From NCBI RefSeq assembly GCF_003334255.1, contig NZ_QOWU01000185.1: DNA of 800 bases; one strand, written 5' to 3'. The stretch comes from Escherichia coli (GTDB lineage Bacteria; Pseudomonadota; Gammaproteobacteria; Enterobacterales; Enterobacteriaceae). Both the position numbers and the translations under genes were made by a program. Of this stretch, positions 1-800 are shown one piece after another. How positions within the stretch are numbered: the first letter of the stretch is position 1; every line of letters begins with the position of its first letter. Below the pieces are notes generated by a model that made no database searches, was not told the origin of the DNA, and saw nothing but the letters and a program-made list of their open reading frames with translations.

Positions 1-800
1 CAGGTCTCGCCCAGCGTGGTGTTCACAAAGGTTTTCAGGCCGTTGGGATCTTTCAGTGCATCCAGCCAGTCATAGACTATCTGTACCCAGGTGGTGAACG
101 GACTGTACGCTGTCCAGATATGGAACGTGATGGAGCGCGGCGGCGGAATTTCATTATCCGCGGCGCTGAAAAACGTCAGACCGTCACGGGTCCACATCCC
201 CGTGTTTTCACAGATCCACCGCCCGTTGCTCTGGTCAAGCTCAGACTGATGGATCACGCAGCCATGATGTTCACAGAGGTAGAAAACGCTTTCGGGGCTG
301 TCCTTCTCCCATTTAAGGCCAAAAGGCGTGGATTCATCGCCAAATTTCAGATACTGCTCCTCCCCACAGTGTGGGCAGGGCACATAAAAACGCATGAAAT
401 GCGCCGACTCGTTGGCCGCTTTTTCGATCTGGCAGGTGCCTTTGATTTTAGGCGTCGAGCCGCGAATGGATTTGGGCCATACAGAGCCCTCAATACGTTT
501 ATCCCCAAGCAGGGTTGGCGAACCCTCTTTTTCGACATCCGGTTCGAACGAGGAAAGTTCGTCATAGCAGACCACGTCCACGGATTTTTCACGGTAGTTT
601 TTGGCGGCAGCGCCGCCCAGGCACCAGAAACCCACACCCGATGAAAAGCGTTTCAGCGTGAGGGTATTGTCACGATGTTTACGCCCCAGCCATGGAAAAA
701 GGTCTTTCAGACATGGCACATCCCGAATCGTCGCCTCCACGTGAGACTTCATAAAATCTTCAGCGGCAGAATCCGTGGGCTGAAAAAGCAGACTGTTTCG
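1..800 (-). CDS. terL: Phage terminase large subunit, lambda gpA-like (internal fragment, partial at both ends; roughly residues 99-365 of a ~640-aa protein)
   Basis: Reverse-complement frame starting at window position 800 is open for 266 codons plus 2 trailing bases, with no stop. The translation contains FMKSHVEATIRD, KHRDNTLTLKRF, GFWCLGG, AKNYREKSVDVVCYDEL, EGSPTLLGDKRIEGSVWPKSIRGSTPK, GTCQIE, HFMRFYVPCPHCGEEQYLKFGD, TPFGLKW, SVFYLCEH, TFHIWTAYSPFTTWVQIV and KTFVNTTLGETW, all of which match blocks of lambda gpA as I recall it, in the same order and spacing. Recognition is from memory of the lambda gpA sequence, not a database search. Confidence 0.95.

Noticed and set aside
138-146. Short trinucleotide repeat cggcggcgg.
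   Set aside because: Only three units, and it simply encodes Pro-Pro-Pro within the terL frame (EIPPPRS). There is no evidence it is a functional repeat or slippage site.
347-637. Minus-strand 96-aa ORF from the supplied track (MWVSGAWAALPPKTTVKNPW...).
   Set aside because: It is on the same strand as terL but in a different reading frame, entirely overlapped by the conserved terL frame, and its basic low-complexity translation has no recognisable domain. It is an out-of-frame artefact.
120-644. Plus-strand 174-aa ORF from the supplied track (MERDGARRRNFIIRGAEKRQ...).
   Set aside because: It is antisense to, and fully inside, the strongly supported terL frame. Its translation is Arg/Ala/Gly-rich with no recognisable motif, typical of an antisense frame in moderately GC-rich coding DNA.
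750-752. In-frame ATG on the minus strand (Met in DFMKSHV) as a possible start codon for the gene.
   Set aside because: The frame is open and conserved with lambda gpA upstream of this Met (RNSLLFQPTDSAAED), and the homologous lambda residue is an internal Met. The true start lies beyond position 800.
1-800. Possibility that the window holds a novel defence or otherwise undescribed system, as the prompt suggests.
   Set aside because: Every base is accounted for by one well-characterised phage packaging gene. There is no intergenic space, no second credible ORF, and no repeat array or structured RNA signature. Any novelty would have to lie in flanking sequence I cannot see.

Overview
The whole 800-bp window is an internal fragment of one gene on the minus strand: a phage lambda gpA-like terminase large subunit (TerL), the DNA-packaging ATPase/nuclease of tailed phages. 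The reverse-complement frame that begins at window position 800 is open for all 266 codons with no stop, and both ends of the gene lie outside the window. Its translation (RNSLLFQPTDSAAEDFMKSHVEATIRD ... FHIWTAYSPFTTWVQIVYDWLDALKDPNGLKTFVNTTLGETW) aligns by eye, without gaps over most of its length, to my recollection of lambda gpA from about residue 99 to about residue 365. The window holds the Walker B segment and the GST coupling motif of the packaging ATPase plus a conserved Cys/His cluster; the Walker A motif and the C-terminal nuclease domain fall outside it. Both ORFs in the supplied track are out-of-frame overlaps of this gene and are rejected. The window most likely sits in a lambdoid prophage or phage genome of an enterobacterial-type host (GC looks near 50%, not computed exactly). 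I find no support in this window for a novel or undescribed system; it is a well-known phage morphogenesis gene.
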